From positions 108,252,001 to 108,316,000 of the forward strand of contig NC_042997.1 in assembly GCF_006345805.1 (NCBI RefSeq): a stretch of DNA of 64,000 nt, read 5' to 3'. The notes under the pieces were generated by a model that did not search any database, was not told the DNA's origin, and saw nothing but the letters and a program-made list of their open reading frames with translations. Position numbers and translations under genes: made by a program. The DNA is from Octopus sinensis (lineage: Eukaryota). This document shows, piece after piece, positions 12,646 through 26,265 of this stretch; the first letter of the stretch is position 1; each line of letters begins with the position of its first letter.

Positions 12646-13804
12646 AAATTATTAAATTTAATAATCTTTATGATTTTTATTTAAAAGAAAAAAAATTAAT
12701 TATCTATGTTAGCACTGATTAGCATTTGTGCAGACTTTGACATGACACTAATTAACAAAATATCACAGAACAGATACAGTTTGCTTTCTAATACCATCCT
12801 GGCATTTAATTTATTAAACCTGCTGAGATAAAAGAAATGCAAAAGCCATGTGATCATATTTGTAATTATTCTGTTTTAATGTGAGGTTGATAATTGGTGA
12901 TGGGGCTGTCCGTTGCACATACACAAAATAACCTTTGTCTCTGGGCAATTATTCTGTTTTTGGTTAAAACTTGATATTCAGTTAGATTTATCATGAAAAG
13001 CATCCCTTTCCTCAGCTTAAAGCATGTGATCTGACACTTTATGAGGTAGACACTTAAATGATTGGCCACTCCCTGACAGGTTCATGGTCAAGCCTGTGGT
13101 AGTGGAGGCCACCAGTGTTCATGACCCCCTCCTCTCCAAACCACCTTCCTCTTCCCCGTTATCGAGGCAGAAATGGCTATATGCAAGCGCAAGTCCCATG
13201 AAGAAGAAAAAAGATATGATTCAGGCAGAGCCCTTCATCAAATTTAGAATACTCTCTATGTATAAACAAAATTAACTTTTGTAAAATGATAGTTGAATAT
13301 GACATTGTTTATCAAGTGACTCACATTTGCAAGCTGTTCACTCGATCGTTTAAATGTACGACTAGGGCTGTTGGCAACTCTGCTCTTGTTTTCTGCTTTC
13401 AATTACGTTTATCTTCGAGTTAAATATTTAAGTGGTTTCAAATGCTTTCAGACGTTGGCTGTTTATGTAGAAACTAATTTTATTAATAACATTGGGACAA
13501 CACTTTCCTCATTAACCCTTCTCTAATTCTTAAACGATATCCATTTCTGTTACTCCTGCTGTCTATCTTTCATATCATAATTTACATTGATGACTAATCA
13601 TTGATGATCAATGACTGATCAGCTTGTTTAGCTTTTAATCCAGCTGAACATTAATGCTGCTCTAACTAAATAATAGATTAACATTATTAATATTTACAGC
13701 CTTGTAACTAAACAGATATGTAAACTTGTTTTTTTTTTTACATCATACATATATATTTCAATGTGTGTGTGTGTGTGTGTTTGTATAACTGTGTGTGTAC
13801 AAGC

Positions 13805-14170
13805 ACAGGTGTGGCTGTGTGATAAGATGCTTGCTTCCCAACCAAATGGCTCTGAGTTCAGTGGCACCTTGGGTAAGTGTCTTCTACTGTAGCCTGAAGC
13901 TGACCAAAGCCTTGTGAGTGGATTTGGTAGAAGGAAGCTGGAAGACGTGTGTGTGTGTGTCTTTTGCACACACACCCCCATCAGCTTGACAACTGCTATT
14001 GGTGTATTTGCATCCCCATAACTTAGCAGTTCAGCAAAAGAGACTGATAGAATAAGTACTAAGCTTAAATTAAAAAAAGTCCTGGGGTTGATTCATCTAA
14101 CTACAAATTCTTGAAGGCATTGGTGCCCCAGCATGGCCACAGTCTAGTGGCTGAAACAAGTAAAAGATAA
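13805..14170 (+). mobile_element. tRNA-derived SINE family B
   Basis: gtggctgtgtg..aag..gcttgcttcccaacc...gtggcaccttggg.aagtgtcttctact...ccagcatggccacagtc. Confidence 0.85.
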
Positions 14171-14559
14171 AAAAAAACATATAACCCATGTAGTTTGTGT
14201 AGTTGTTTAAAGTGAAGAAGGGTTGTTCACCACCAACCCACTCTCTCGTCCCTGGCCCTTTTGAATCCAGTGGTAAGACTTGGTCCAGACAACTTGGGAT
14301 CAAAATAGCTGCAGTGAATGGCCAAGATATCTTCCTTTGCTGCATATTGCTCTCTGCACTCTACAATGTGTTGCTATGGCCACCTTCCTCTTCATTCTGT
14401 CATGAAGGTTTCTTCCTCTTAGTCTATCGAATCTACTCTTCATATGCATTGGTAGGCCAGCCTTGGACATAGTTTTATACCTATTGGTTACTTTGTCATG
14501 CAGAGTGAATTGAAAATACTTATCTGTCAAGTCACAACAAGGACACAACAGACAGATAA

Positions 14560-14760
14560 TACTTTCCTTGAAATGTGCCCAGTACTGACCAAGACTGACT
14601 GATATTCGCATGGTATTCCCCACTGCTTTAAGAAACCTTGAAGAGTCAATGGGATTGCCCCTAAATGTCCTGAACACAACTGGTATCACTTTAACATTCC
14701 CCTCTCACATTCCAGGAAACCTTGCCATCTCCACTTTCAATTTAGACTAATTCCTGATTT
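14560..14760 (-). mobile_element. R4/Dong-like RLE LINE, C-terminal fragment
   Basis: Frameshifted translation LKVEMARFPGM*EGNVKVIPVV..AIPLTLQGFLKQWGIPCE..QSVL matches the end of the RLE domain. Confidence 0.6.
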
Positions 14761-14849
14761 GTTCCAACCTCATTACTTACAAAACTCGTGTCATTTCCTA
14801 TGGCTACATTCAATAACCTAACAGTGTTTGTCTGTCTTCTTCCATACAA

Positions 14850-15650
14850 CAATGTCCGATCGGTGATGCTTGATTGCTCTAAGTCAGAAAATAATAATCC
14901 CACATTTTCATTGCTTTCCCATTATTATTCTCTTTATCACAGGTTTTGTTGGAGCTCCTGGAGTCTTGCATGCGCAGCAGGCTTTCCACCCGCAGCCTAC
15001 AGTACCATGCTATCTGTTCTTTTCAGCTATCTAATACTTTCTTGATTATTCTGGCTGTGCCAAGGAGGCAAACCTTTTGTAACAGTTCTACTGGGCACTC
15101 TATTCCAATTACCTTTATATTCCTCTTTGATGCCTTCTGATACTGTCTACAAGGACCCAAAAATAATTGGCACTATCTTCAGATTCTTCATTTACCATAG
15201 TCAAGCTATTTCATATTTAAGAGGGTTCTATCTATCTTTTCGCCTTCCTCCATGACTATTCGTGGATCAAAGGGGCATGCAGCTTCAACTATATAGCATA
15301 TGTGGTGCATCTTGTCCACCACCACTAGGTCCGGTCTGTCATGCTCTTGCACCTGATCTGTTTGGATTGGGAAATCCCAGAGAACTTTGCTGGTCTCTGA
15401 CCCTGCCACTCTCTGTGGTTTGTGCTCATACCACGTCTTGTTTCTCTCTCACCCCCTACTTTTCACACAGTTTCCAATGTAACACTTTCGCTACCTCATC
15501 ATGTCGCCACAACTTGTAGTGGTTTTGGGCTGTTATTATCATTATTATTATTATTGTTGTTGTTGTTGCACTTGTCGGAACACTTGGTCTTGTTTGCTCT
15601 GGTTGATTTTGTGTGAGCAGACAGCAGTCTGTTGTCAGCGGTCTCACAGG
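14850..15650 (-). mobile_element. R4/Dong-like non-LTR retrotransposon 3' fragment (restriction-like endonuclease)
   Basis: RHDEVAKVLHWKLCEK, KVLWDFPIQTD...HDRPDLVVVDK...CYIVEAACPFD and LQKVCLLGTARIIKKVL; interrupted by (AAT)n. Confidence 0.85.
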
Positions 15651-16419
15651 GTCTCTTATTATATAATAACAATGTTATTATTATAATTATTGTTATTATT
15701 ATTATTATTATTATTATTGTATTAAAATTCACAGCTTATATTGCTGGGTATGATGGAAAGTGTCCAGCTGTCCACAGCCAGCAGACTAAGGTGACACTTG
15801 TTTTACTGGTTATGCTTCAAGAACCCCGCAAAGAATTCTTGCAGTTCCAAGCCATTCTGATTTTTTTTATTCTCATTTCCTTATTGAATTGCATTTTATT
15901 TCCTCTTTCGACAGGGTCTCAACCAGAGACCTAAGGCATGTATCATTATTATCATTATTATTTGTTTGGCTTTTGCTTTCTATTTGTACAAGTTGACTCC
16001 ATGTCTCGCCGAGAGGCATCAAGAGACAAGTTAGAAGTTCAAGCTGGTATTAGGACTATGGTGGCATATTTTTGGTTTTGCATGCAGTATTGCTCCAGAG
16101 AATGTCTGTCAAAACATTAGAAAATTAAGTTTGTTTTTAAAATAATTTGATAAGATAGATGTTAGTGTGATGTTAAGATGACAGTAAAATGGTGTTTGCT
16201 ATTATGAACTTGTAAAAGATTAAAATGTTTTTGGAATCACATGGACAATATTTTTCATATGATATTAGCAGTTCCCATAAGCACTATTTTAAAAGATTTC
16301 TTTCATTTTGGGATTTCCTGATGTCTGAGATAGGTAACAATCAGCCCCTTTTGCGATCATTCCTTTTATTATTGTTGTTGTTGTTATTCACTTAACTTCC
16401 CCTGGTTTATCTATGTCAT

Positions 16420-16810
16420 GTCTGAGCTCCATCTTGCAGCTTTAAGTCAGTCGCAACATTTTCTTCAACACATGACCTGTTGCAAGTATTGCCTCCACCT
16501 GAGTACTTCCTATGAAGTTTGGCATTTGCACCTTTTCAAGCCAGAATGTTACTCTCTTTGAGATGGTTCCATGTGCACCAATCGCATTATGTACTACACT
16601 CACTTTTGAGGCTCCGTTGATTCTTTTCACTTCCAATCCTAGATCTTGGTACTCCCTGACTTTATTCTCTTCTATCTTCACAATATTCTGATCTGCAAGT
16701 ATAGCTATGATGATGATGAATGTCCATTCTTTGGATTCCTTCCTTATGACAATGATATCTGGTATGTTATGTTGCAGCTTTTTGTCTGTGTAGATTGGCA
16801 TATCCCATGT
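16420..16810 (-). mobile_element. R4/Dong-like RLE domain fragment (different copy or family)
   Basis: ORF 16442-16801: IYTDKKLQHNIPDIIVI...ADQNIVKIEENKVREYQDL...AIGAHGTI...ILATGHVLKK (PD-(D/E)xK RLE). Confidence 0.85.
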
Positions 16811-17380
16811 CAGTTTATTATTATTATTAAATTCATGTTGACTGAGATTTTAAGCTTCATTTGGTGTTTCTTTTACTGTTTAAAAGTTTTTCCTCTTTTG
16901 TTTTCTAACTCATTTGGTTAGAGTGTCAGACCAATAATTTCTTATTTTTTTCCTTTCCTCCCCCCCTCTCTCTCACTCACACACACACATCGGTTCTTTC
17001 CCTTCCTGCAGATCAAGTGAGAATGCTTCCTTTCCTGGAATTGAAACAACTCCTTCCTACACCTGACTGAAAATATATTCATTCGCTTCAGTCCCCTCCC
17101 ACCTTTGTATTGAAAATTCACTTCAACAGTGGTCTTCCCTTTTCCTCTAACATATGGGACCTGCTGATGCTGACCTTGCAAAATATGGGGCCTTGTCAAT
17201 TTCATTCTGATCTCTGAAAATATGTGACCCTGGTTGGAATTAAACTGACAAGGTCACACATGTTGGAAGGTCAAAACTGAATTGACCATGGTACTTGATT
17301 GCTATCTATTAACCCTAGCACATGCTTGGTATTCAGTATATTGGTCATGCAAAATTAAGTCAACTGCAGGGGGTGCCTCC

Positions 17381-17771
17381 TTCATCACTCTTGTCTGCCA
17401 CTCATCACTCTTGTCTGCCACTCACCACTCTTGTCTGCCACTCACCACTCTTGTCTGCCACTCACCACTCTTGTCTGCCACTCATCACTCTTGTCTGCCA
17501 CTCATCACTCTTGTCTGCCACTCATCACTCTTGTCTGCCACTCATCACTCTTGTCTGCCACTCATCACTCTTGTCTGCCACTCATCACTCTTGTCTGTCG
17601 CTCATCACTATTGTCTGTCGCTCATCACTATTGTCTGTCGCTCATCACTATTGTCTGTCACTCATCACTATTGTCTGTCGCTCATCACTATTGTCTGTCA
17701 CTCATCACTATTGTCTGTCACTCATCATTCTTGTCTGCCACTCATCACTCTTGTCTGCCACTCATCACTCT
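17381..17771. repeat. 20-bp minisatellite (ctcatcactcttgtctgcca) x19.5
   Basis: Exact 20-bp period; explains the repetitive ORFs at 17282-17883. Confidence 0.97.
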
Positions 17772-17814
17772 TTCTTTTATCTTTGTTAAGAAATACAGCA
17801 TTTTTTTCAGTTTA

Positions 17815-18265
17815 TTAATGTTGATATTCAGTTTACGGAATTTGGTAAGCACTTGTAGAATATGTCCATCTTTATTCTTTTAATGTCCTCTTTTCCAAGC
17901 TTGCATGGCTTAGGTGAAACTTGTTGAGGCAGCTTTTCTACAATTGGATGTCCTTCCTGTTGCCAATGTTCACCTTTTACCAAACAAGGTAATAGTTTCC
18001 CATGACCAGACGTATTTTTCATGGAGGACTTGAAATGAACAACACTGCTTGTATGATGGGGATGCTCATTTACAATTATTACATGGTATCAAGATTTGGG
18101 TACATACTAACATGCATGCACACACACACACAATTAACTTTCAGGTTCTGTTTGCCAAATCCACTGCTAAGACTTTGGTTGGCTTTGTAGAAGACATTTA
18201 CGCCATGCAGTATGATTGAACCTGAAACCACGTGGTTGAGATTCGAGCTTCTTTACCACACAGCT
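17815..18265 (-). mobile_element. Degenerate RTE-type 3' UTR plus SINE B 5' part
   Basis: Family motifs recognisable but diverged. Confidence 0.55.
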
Positions 18266-19729
18266 GCACCAACCAACAACTTGTAGAGTAAATCACCATT
18301 GGTAGAGCTGTTTCAATTGTGGCTGAGCTGAATCAGCAATATAGTGAACATATCTCCAGTTTTTTCATTTAGATTTTACAAGAAACTGACAAAAAAAATA
18401 TTCTTTGGAATCAAAGATAAATTAAAACAAAGATCTTTTATATCTGTTTTTGTTTTATTCTTTTCATTCTGTTCTTTTTATAGTTTTTTTATTTCTCTTA
18501 TTTTCTTTAATACCATTTCTTTAGATGCAAGAAATTGTAAGTTTTCTGTATTTTTTGTCATTTTACCAATTTAAGTTTTGATGGCAGTTTCACTTTACAT
18601 TCATTCTTAGTTTCCTAACAAAATTATGTGAATTATAGATTTGTCTTATATTTCCATATATTTCTTATCAAAACCACAAAAACAAATACTGGCCTCAGCT
18701 TTCTTGTCTACATGAGGTTCGAGTTCTTTGGATTTTTTGTAGTGTGTGTATATGTGTGCACATATATACATATATGTACCTATGTACAAGTACATATGTA
18801 TGTGCATGTTTACAAGAACATAAACATGGCTGAAACTATTTAAAAACTTTTTTCTACTTAAATTACTTTGCTGTCGACATTGCTTTTAGATTAATTAGGT
18901 TTTAGTCATAAAAAATATTCAGAAAATTTGTCTTTGAGAAATTTTATTTAACAAACAAAAATGATTTTAAGCACCAACATTCCAATACAAAGAGATAAAT
19001 CAATGACTGACCTATGAAACAGTTCTACGTCTATCATTTCCGTTACTGGAACCATTATCACAATCTCTGCTGCACCTTGTCCATTCTCTCCACCACATCT
19101 TTCACAATTCTTCCTACCCTCACTTCATCCATACCATTATCTCTTCAGTCACTTCCTCTCTCAACCATTTACACTGTTTCTTTTCTTCTCTCGCCTCTGC
19201 AGTCAATTACTTGAACATTCTCTGTGTAAACAAACTTGTATCCAAAATGTCTGTAAGTTTACTCCAATCCTCACAGCAATTAAGACTGGTCTGAGACAGT
19301 TCATACAGGAAGGTTCTGCTCTGATACACTGGGGCTTCTCTCATTTTGTTCCGGTCTCTACAATTTGATGCCCATCCTAACATCAACCACTTCAAACAGT
19401 GAATTCAATGTATTTAGCATGGCAGCAGCTCTGGAGAGGTTGCTAGGTCTTCAGCAAGATAGGATTAAAGGGACCTCTTGGTTCAACAGTTTTACCAAAC
19501 CTCTTTCAGTGTGTTTCTTTGTGGCACAAGGAAGCAAGAAAGGTTTCTCTGTACAATGTGGGAGCCAAAAATACTCAGTACTCTGAGATATGTATATATT
19601 CTCAAGACTGTGACAAAGGAAGTGATAGGAGAGAGAGACTGACAGACAGTGAGAGAGAGGAACAAGGCTATAATAACAGAAACAGCGTTTGGGGTGAGGG
19701 CAGATCGCATAGGATAAAACAGGTCCTGA

Positions 19730-20270
19730 ACCATCTTGCATATATGTAGGGCTCGTAATCATGGTTGTTGATGGCACCTGTGAATCGTCATGGTCAGTAC
19801 CATGTTTATGGCACCTGTGCATCGTCATGGTCAGTACCATGTTTATGGCACCTGTGCATTGTCATGGTCAGTGCCATTTTTATGACACCTGTGCATTGTA
19901 GCCATGGTCATCGATGGTGCCATGTAAATTGGTACCCAGGAATTGTGGTCATTGGTGGTGCCATGTAAATGCACCCATGAACCATAGTTACAGTTGATGC
20001 CGGTGTCATGTAAATGCCCCCCCACCACCACCATGAATCTTAGTCATGATCATTGTTGGCGCCATGGTTGTGGTTGCTGCTGGTCTCATGTAAATGGCAC
20101 CCATTACACTCCTGGAGTAGTTGGCATTAGGAAGGACTGTTTCCAGCTGTAGAAACTATGCCAAATCAAACTGGAATCTGGTGCAGATGCTCTCTGGATC
20201 ATCAGCTCCCATCAAACCATCTAACCCATGCCAGCGTGGAGAGTGGATGTTAACTGATGACGATGATGAT
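19730..20270 (+). mobile_element. RTE 3' UTR variant with internal ~37-bp tandem repeats
   Basis: (gtgcatcgtcatggtcagtaccatgtttatggcacct)x3, then ggcattaggaagg...aacccatgccagc...gatgatgat. Confidence 0.75.
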
Positions 20271-20406
20271 GGTTTTTTAGGTCCTAATTTGAGAGACAAA
20301 AATTTTTTGTTTTCTTGAGAAAATGCAAAACAAATTATATAATTGTCACTTTTGAGACAATTCACACTTATAAATGATTCCATTTTATTATCAAACAAAG
20401 CAATAA

Positions 20407-20439
<33 letters not shown>

Positions 20440-21310
20440 CTAGGAGAGAGAAAGGATATATAATGTTTGTATATTTCAAATTTAAATCTTCACTGTTTCT
20501 GCTCTATTACTCATGGTTGTTTGAGGTTATTTATCATCATTTAATGGATGTTTTGACAAGAACTGTCAAGCCAGAACACTACACCATGCTCCACTATCTA
20601 TTTCTATGATTGGATGCCTTTCCTAATACCAACCACTTTATAAGTGTCTGTGTGTCAGTGTATAAATATAATGATGCTATTAATGTATATATACATAGAA
20701 TGACACTGTCTGTATCTCTGTCTCCCAATGAATGTTGTTCTTTCAAAGAATCCAGGATTTTTCACCATTTTTATATCAAAATGCACCAAAACTTTTACAC
20801 TCTTCACATTCTAAATGAATTCCAACTATATCTCCTCCAAAAGTTGTCCGAAATAAATATAATGCAGGATTTCAATACTTTCTGCCAGTAATTAAAAATT
20901 ATCTCAATGAAAATTCTTCATAATTAAGATATGAAACTGACAAATTAACACAATGTCTCTCATTGCAAATGGAACTGATTCTCCAAGAACCGAAGATTAT
21001 GGTTAACTATCATAAACTCATTCATTTATTCTTCAAAATGACAACTTGAAGCTACTTTCTGAATTACTAACACAAACGAGATTCTGTAACAATTTCCTCC
21101 TTGATTGTTAGCTGATTATTATTATTATTGATAATATTTGTCAGAGGTAGTTGTTAGATTAATTAATAATCAATAATTATTGCCTTCATTAATTATTATT
21201 TTTGAATTGCTATTGGGGCATCATGTAATGGGATTGGGGTGGGGATTAAATAAGTTCTTGATCAAGTATATTCACAGCAATTGTGCACCTACTTTACAGT
21301 TTATATAATA

Positions 21311-21342
<32 letters not shown>

Positions 21343-21639
21343 TTCTGTTGATAATACACTTGGAAAAGCCTGAGTGACCCAACTTTCCATTGCTTTCTTC
21401 AACACATCTCTTCCTGTGTGTAACTATTACAGCCATGGGCAGTGATCCTATCTTTGTTGTGTTGTTACAGTCCTTAGTCCTGATACAAGGGGTTACTATT
21501 TTAAACCTTGTCAGAAGACAACCCCTGTAAATCTTAATTACTTTGCAGCTTTTATCTCATACTCAAGGATTAAACGGGATTTAGAGATTTACTGTGTGGA
21601 TATTGAAATAGTGAAGTAGAAGTTGTTAACAGTGTAACC

Positions 21640-24600
21640 AGGTGTGAGAGAATGAATTCAGATGGCTTCTACACCTGGAATTTCTTTTCTGTTACACATT
21701 CTATTATCAGAGTGAGATCGTCAGCATAAAGGAGTTCCCAGGGCCAGCTTGTCTTAAATTCCTCTGCTGTGGCCTGGAGTATGATGATGAAGAGGAGAGG
21801 ACTGAGAACATCCTTGGTAAATGCCTAGATAGGCACAGATAATCAGACTGATATGTATATGTCATCATCATCACCATCATCATTTAATGTCCATTGTCCA
21901 TGCTGGCATGGGTTGGACGTTTGACCACAGCAGACAAGCTGCACCAGACTCCAGTTTGATTTGGCATAGTTTCTTTGGCTGGACGCCCTTCCTCATGCCA
22001 ACCACTTTATAGAGTGTGGCTGGGTGCTTTTACATGGCACTGCACAAGTGTTTTTTGCTACCAGAGGGACCAGTCTTAATATTCCTGCTGTGTCATGTGG
22101 GTCTTCTTGAGTACAGCAAGGCACCTGGCATCTCGGTCCTGTGTTATCTCACCTGAAAGGTTCAATGTACTGAGGTTGTTCTTCAGTATTTCATCCTATG
22201 TCTTCCTGGGTCTCCCCCTTTTCAGAGATCAGCACTTCTTTATGGAGCTGTCAGCATCCAACCACCGCACATGACCAAACCAGTGCAGTTTTCTCTCTTG
22301 CACATTGCATCTCATTCCTTTTAAGCTTAATTTCTGTCTCAAAACACTAGCACTCTGGCGAACATGTACACATACATTACACATCCAGCAGAGCATACCA
22401 GCCTCATTCCCTTCTAACCCTCACATGTTCTGTGCATTCAGGGCCCACGTCTCACTACCATATAGAATTGCACTTTGTATACATGCATCATATAATCTTC
22501 CTTTCACTCGGAGAGTGTAGGGTAAGGTCCTGTCAGTTTTCTTGCTTACTAAAATATTAGTCTTTGCTAAATTAACCTTAAGGCCTTTCAATTCCAGGTT
22601 TTGCTTCCACATCTGGAATTCCTTATCTAGCTCTAATATGGAATCTGTTGAGAGCAAGATCATCAGCATATAGTAGTTCCCAGATGCTGTGGGTCTTGAA
22701 TTCCTCTGTTATGGCCTAGAAGACAGAGATGAAAAGGAGGAGGCTAGGGATGGAACCTTGATGAACCCCTACCTGTACACCAAATTCTTCACAGTACTTG
22801 TGGTTAACTCTCACCTTACTGACAGTGTCTTTGTACTAGGCCTGTACATTTTTCACCAGCCACTCATCTACTCCTATCCTCCTCAGAGCCAACCATATCA
22901 CACAGTGGGGTACTCTATTGAAGGCTTTCTCCAGATCAACAAGCGATAAGTATAATGGTTTATTCTTAGCTAAGTACTTCTCTTGAAATTACTGACTATG
23001 AAAATAGCATCAGTAGTGCTCCTTGGTGCCAAGCAACAAACTGCATTTTATTTCGCTTAATTCGGCTCCTAATTAATTGGGCTTTAACTGTCTCTGTAAT
23101 TTTCATCACCTGAGTTTGATGTCTCTATAATTGCTTCTACCTAAAGCATCACCCTTACCCTTGTAGCAGCTCAATAACCTAATTAACTATGCAGGTGACT
23201 AGCCTGTATCCTACCTTACTGGTTATTTTGAGCATCTCAGCCGTGATTCCGGGTGGACCAGGGGCTTTCTTGGTTTTCATGTCTTTAATTGCCTTATCTA
23301 CCATACTGCTGTCCACTAGTATAGCTGGTCCCTCTGTTGGGTTCACATGAGGGAGACTCCCTTTATCCCATTCATTCTCTACAATCAACAGTCTTGCATA
23401 GTAACTTTTCCATGCCTCTTTCTTGTCCACGTGCCTAAGTGCAAACATACCATTATCCATCCGCACACACTTCTCTCTCCCACAATTTCTCAATTCTCAC
23501 TGACATGCTGTCTAGCAATCCAGAGCACTTCAAGTCTCTGATCTTCATGTCGTAGGACATTGGCAAACCTCTTCCTTTCTGTTTCTGCCCTGGCTAGATA
23601 AACCTAATGTCTGGCCTCTCTTTTAGCTTTCTGATATAATTGTTTGCTACCCTATCCTTTCCATTCTTTCCAGACCTGTCTCTTTTCTTTTATGGCTTTG
23701 TCAACATTCAACTATTCAACTACCCCTTTGTCACCTTTGGTCTGGCAGAGGTTTTGGTCCAACCACAGACTTGGTCTTTTCCCCTATGTAGATTGTCCTG
23801 TAGGAACTTCTAGTTGTCCTTTATGTCATATGTCTCCATCTCTACCTCCTTCTCATTAAAGAATCTCTAAATCTCTGCCTGTTTGAAGGATCCTAAAGCT
23901 TCCACAACCTCCTTTTTTCCATATTGGTTTGTCTCTGGATCTTTCTGGTCCTAAGTCTGAAGTTACTAATCATTAGCTTTCTTCACCTGAGAAAAATTTT
24001 GCATTTACAAGTATATATCTATACCTGTGTCTGGTGAGGATGAAGTCAATCTGGTTGGTGAGTCCCCCAGATTGATTAGTGATTAGATAGTTGGCAGGTG
24101 TTCTGAAGTTGATGTTGCAGACCAGTAAACCATGAGCATCACAAAACTCCAGCAGCTTTGTCCCTTCCCCATTTCTGGAGCCAAAGCCATAGCCGCCACA
24201 CACACCCTGAAATCCATTGGAGTGTTTTCCATCATACCCATTGAAGTCTTCTGCCATGATGAGAATGTCGTCTTTTGTTGTTGAGGTAGTTCTAAGAAGA
24301 GATTTATAGAGGTGATCCTTCTGAGTATCTGCAAGTTTTGCATGCGTAGTATATGCAAAGATAACTGATATAGTTACATCAAATTATTTTGTCACATGCC
24401 CTGACTACTTCAATCACATTATCCACCCATTTCTCTGCTTGTAGAATATGTACATCACTTAGGCCTTCGTTGTTGCCTACTCATAAAAATTTGTATCGAT
24501 GCCCTTTGCCTGTAAGCAGTCTAGCTGAGGCTCCCCTCCATTGTACTTCTTGGACACAGCATACGTCTAAATGTCTTTGCTCAAGCATCTCATTTATCTT

Positions 24601-24760
24601 TCCAGACCTACCTTTCATAGTGCCAACATTAATTGTGCCAGCTCTGAGCTTGTAGAAGTAGGAAGAAGGTTGAAATACTTTCAGCTTCTCAAAAGGGAAA
24701 GATCTTTGGGGCCTACATGCCTGGAGGCCACGGGTCCTTGTGCTTGCTTAGAGAAATAAT
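21640..24760 (-). mobile_element. Nearly full-length, decayed and internally deleted RTE LINE (APE endonuclease + RT + 3' UTR), plus an extra RT piece at 21640-21830
   Basis: GTINVGTMKGR at about 24650, DFNG...GGYGFGSRNGEGTKLLEFC...NQIDFIL, KAPGPPGITAEMLK, LRVKGRLYDAC, tail at about 21865. Confidence 0.9.
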
Positions 24761-25043
24761 GTTACAATTGTAGTTTCAAATTGCGGATCTTTTCTAAAAG
24801 ATGGACAGAATTTTCTACTTAACTAAATAATTTGAAACTTCATATACTGGTAGCATGTGTCAATCCGATCTTTCAACTTAGTTGTGGGACATTTTGTCAT
24901 ACATCAATGGATTCCATATGCTCCTCACACCAAACTCTCACCATCACCTCAGCAAACTTTATACAGAAATTTGGGCATATACCTGTGCACATAGTTATAA
25001 CATATGTACTTAACCATTAAGGCTCTGGGACAGAAGCAATTTG

Positions 25044-26025
25044 GGATCTTTTCTAAAAGATGGACAGAATTTTCTACTTAACTAAATAATTTGAAACTTC
25101 GTATACTGGTAGAATGTGTCAAAAGAAAACATTAATTTCAATTAGTTTTTTTGAGAAAAATGTATTTTGTAACTTTTACGTAGTTTAATTCTTCGAATTT
25201 TAACCAATCGTATTCTCCGTTTTGACCTCAATTCATTTCTGCCGTGTTATTTGTCCTTATCCATGTCTTCTGTCTTCAAAGGCATGTTTATTTCAATGTC
25301 ATCCCTGACTTACGGACCGATTACCTGTGTGTGTGTGTTTTTGTTGTGTATGTGTGTGCGTGTGTGTGTTTGTTGTGTATGTGTGTGTGTTATTGTTGTG
25401 TGTGTGTTATTGTTGTGTGTGTGTGTGTTATTGTTGTGTGTGTGTGTGTGTGTGTTTTTGTTGTGTATGTGCGCGTGTGTGTACGTGTGTCTTTTTGTTG
25501 TGTATGTGTGCATGTGTTGTGTATCTCTTAAATCGATGAATTTCATTGCCCAATAAAAATAACTTTGATATCGTTAATATTTTTATTGGGCGACGAAATT
25601 CATCGATTTAAGAGATACACAACACACACACACACGCACACATACACAACAAAAACACACACACATACACAACAATAACACACACACACACACAACAAAC
25701 ACACACACGCACACACATACACAACAAAAACACACACACACAGGTAATCGTCCCGTAAGTCAGAGATGACATTGAAATAAACATGCCTTTGAAGACAGAA
25801 GACATGGATAAGGACGAATAACATGGCAGAAAATGAATTGAGGTCAAAACGGAGAATACGATTGGTTAAAATTCAAAGAATTAAACTATGTAAAAGTTAC
25901 AAAATACATTTTTCTCAAAAAAACTAATTGAAATTAATGTTTTCTTTTGACACATTCTACCAGTATACGAAGTTTCAAATTATTTAGTTAAGTAGAAAAT
26001 TCTGTCCATCTTTCAGAAAAGATCC
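25044..26025. mobile_element. About 1-kb foldback element / MITE with ~500-bp inverted arms
   Basis: Termini ggatcttttct(a/g)aaagatggacag / ctgtccatctttcagaaaagatcc; the arms meet at about 25560-25578; each arm contains a TG/CA microsatellite. An extra terminus copy is at 24785-24868. Confidence 0.85.
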
Positions 26026-26159
26026 GAAAGATCTAAGCTGAAATTATTTGTTTAGCAACAGAGAAATATCTGTTATCTGAAATATGAAATACCTATATAC
26101 TACCAGAGGGAAAGAGAGAATTTAGGTTTGGCATTATTCACGTATTGATTAAAATAAAG

Positions 26160-26198
26160 AGGTAGATAGGTAGATAGATAGGTAGGTAGGTAGGTAGG

Positions 26199-26239
<41 letters not shown>

Positions 26240-26265
26240 TGATAGAAGGATGGATGGGTGGGTGG
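26160..26265. repeat. (GGTA)n/(GATA)n/(GGAT)n compound microsatellite
   Basis: Direct reading. Confidence 0.95.

Noticed and set aside
13084-13275. GC-richer ORF MVKPVVVEATSVHDPLL...
   Set aside because: No recognisable family; both strands give comparable short frames.
24690-24760. HDV-like ribozyme at the RTE 5' end (known in some RTEs)
   Set aside because: I could not build the nested double pseudoknot by eye; it needs a descriptor search.
25244-25847. Cys/Val- and His/Thr-rich ORFs
   Set aside because: Translations of TG/CA microsatellites.
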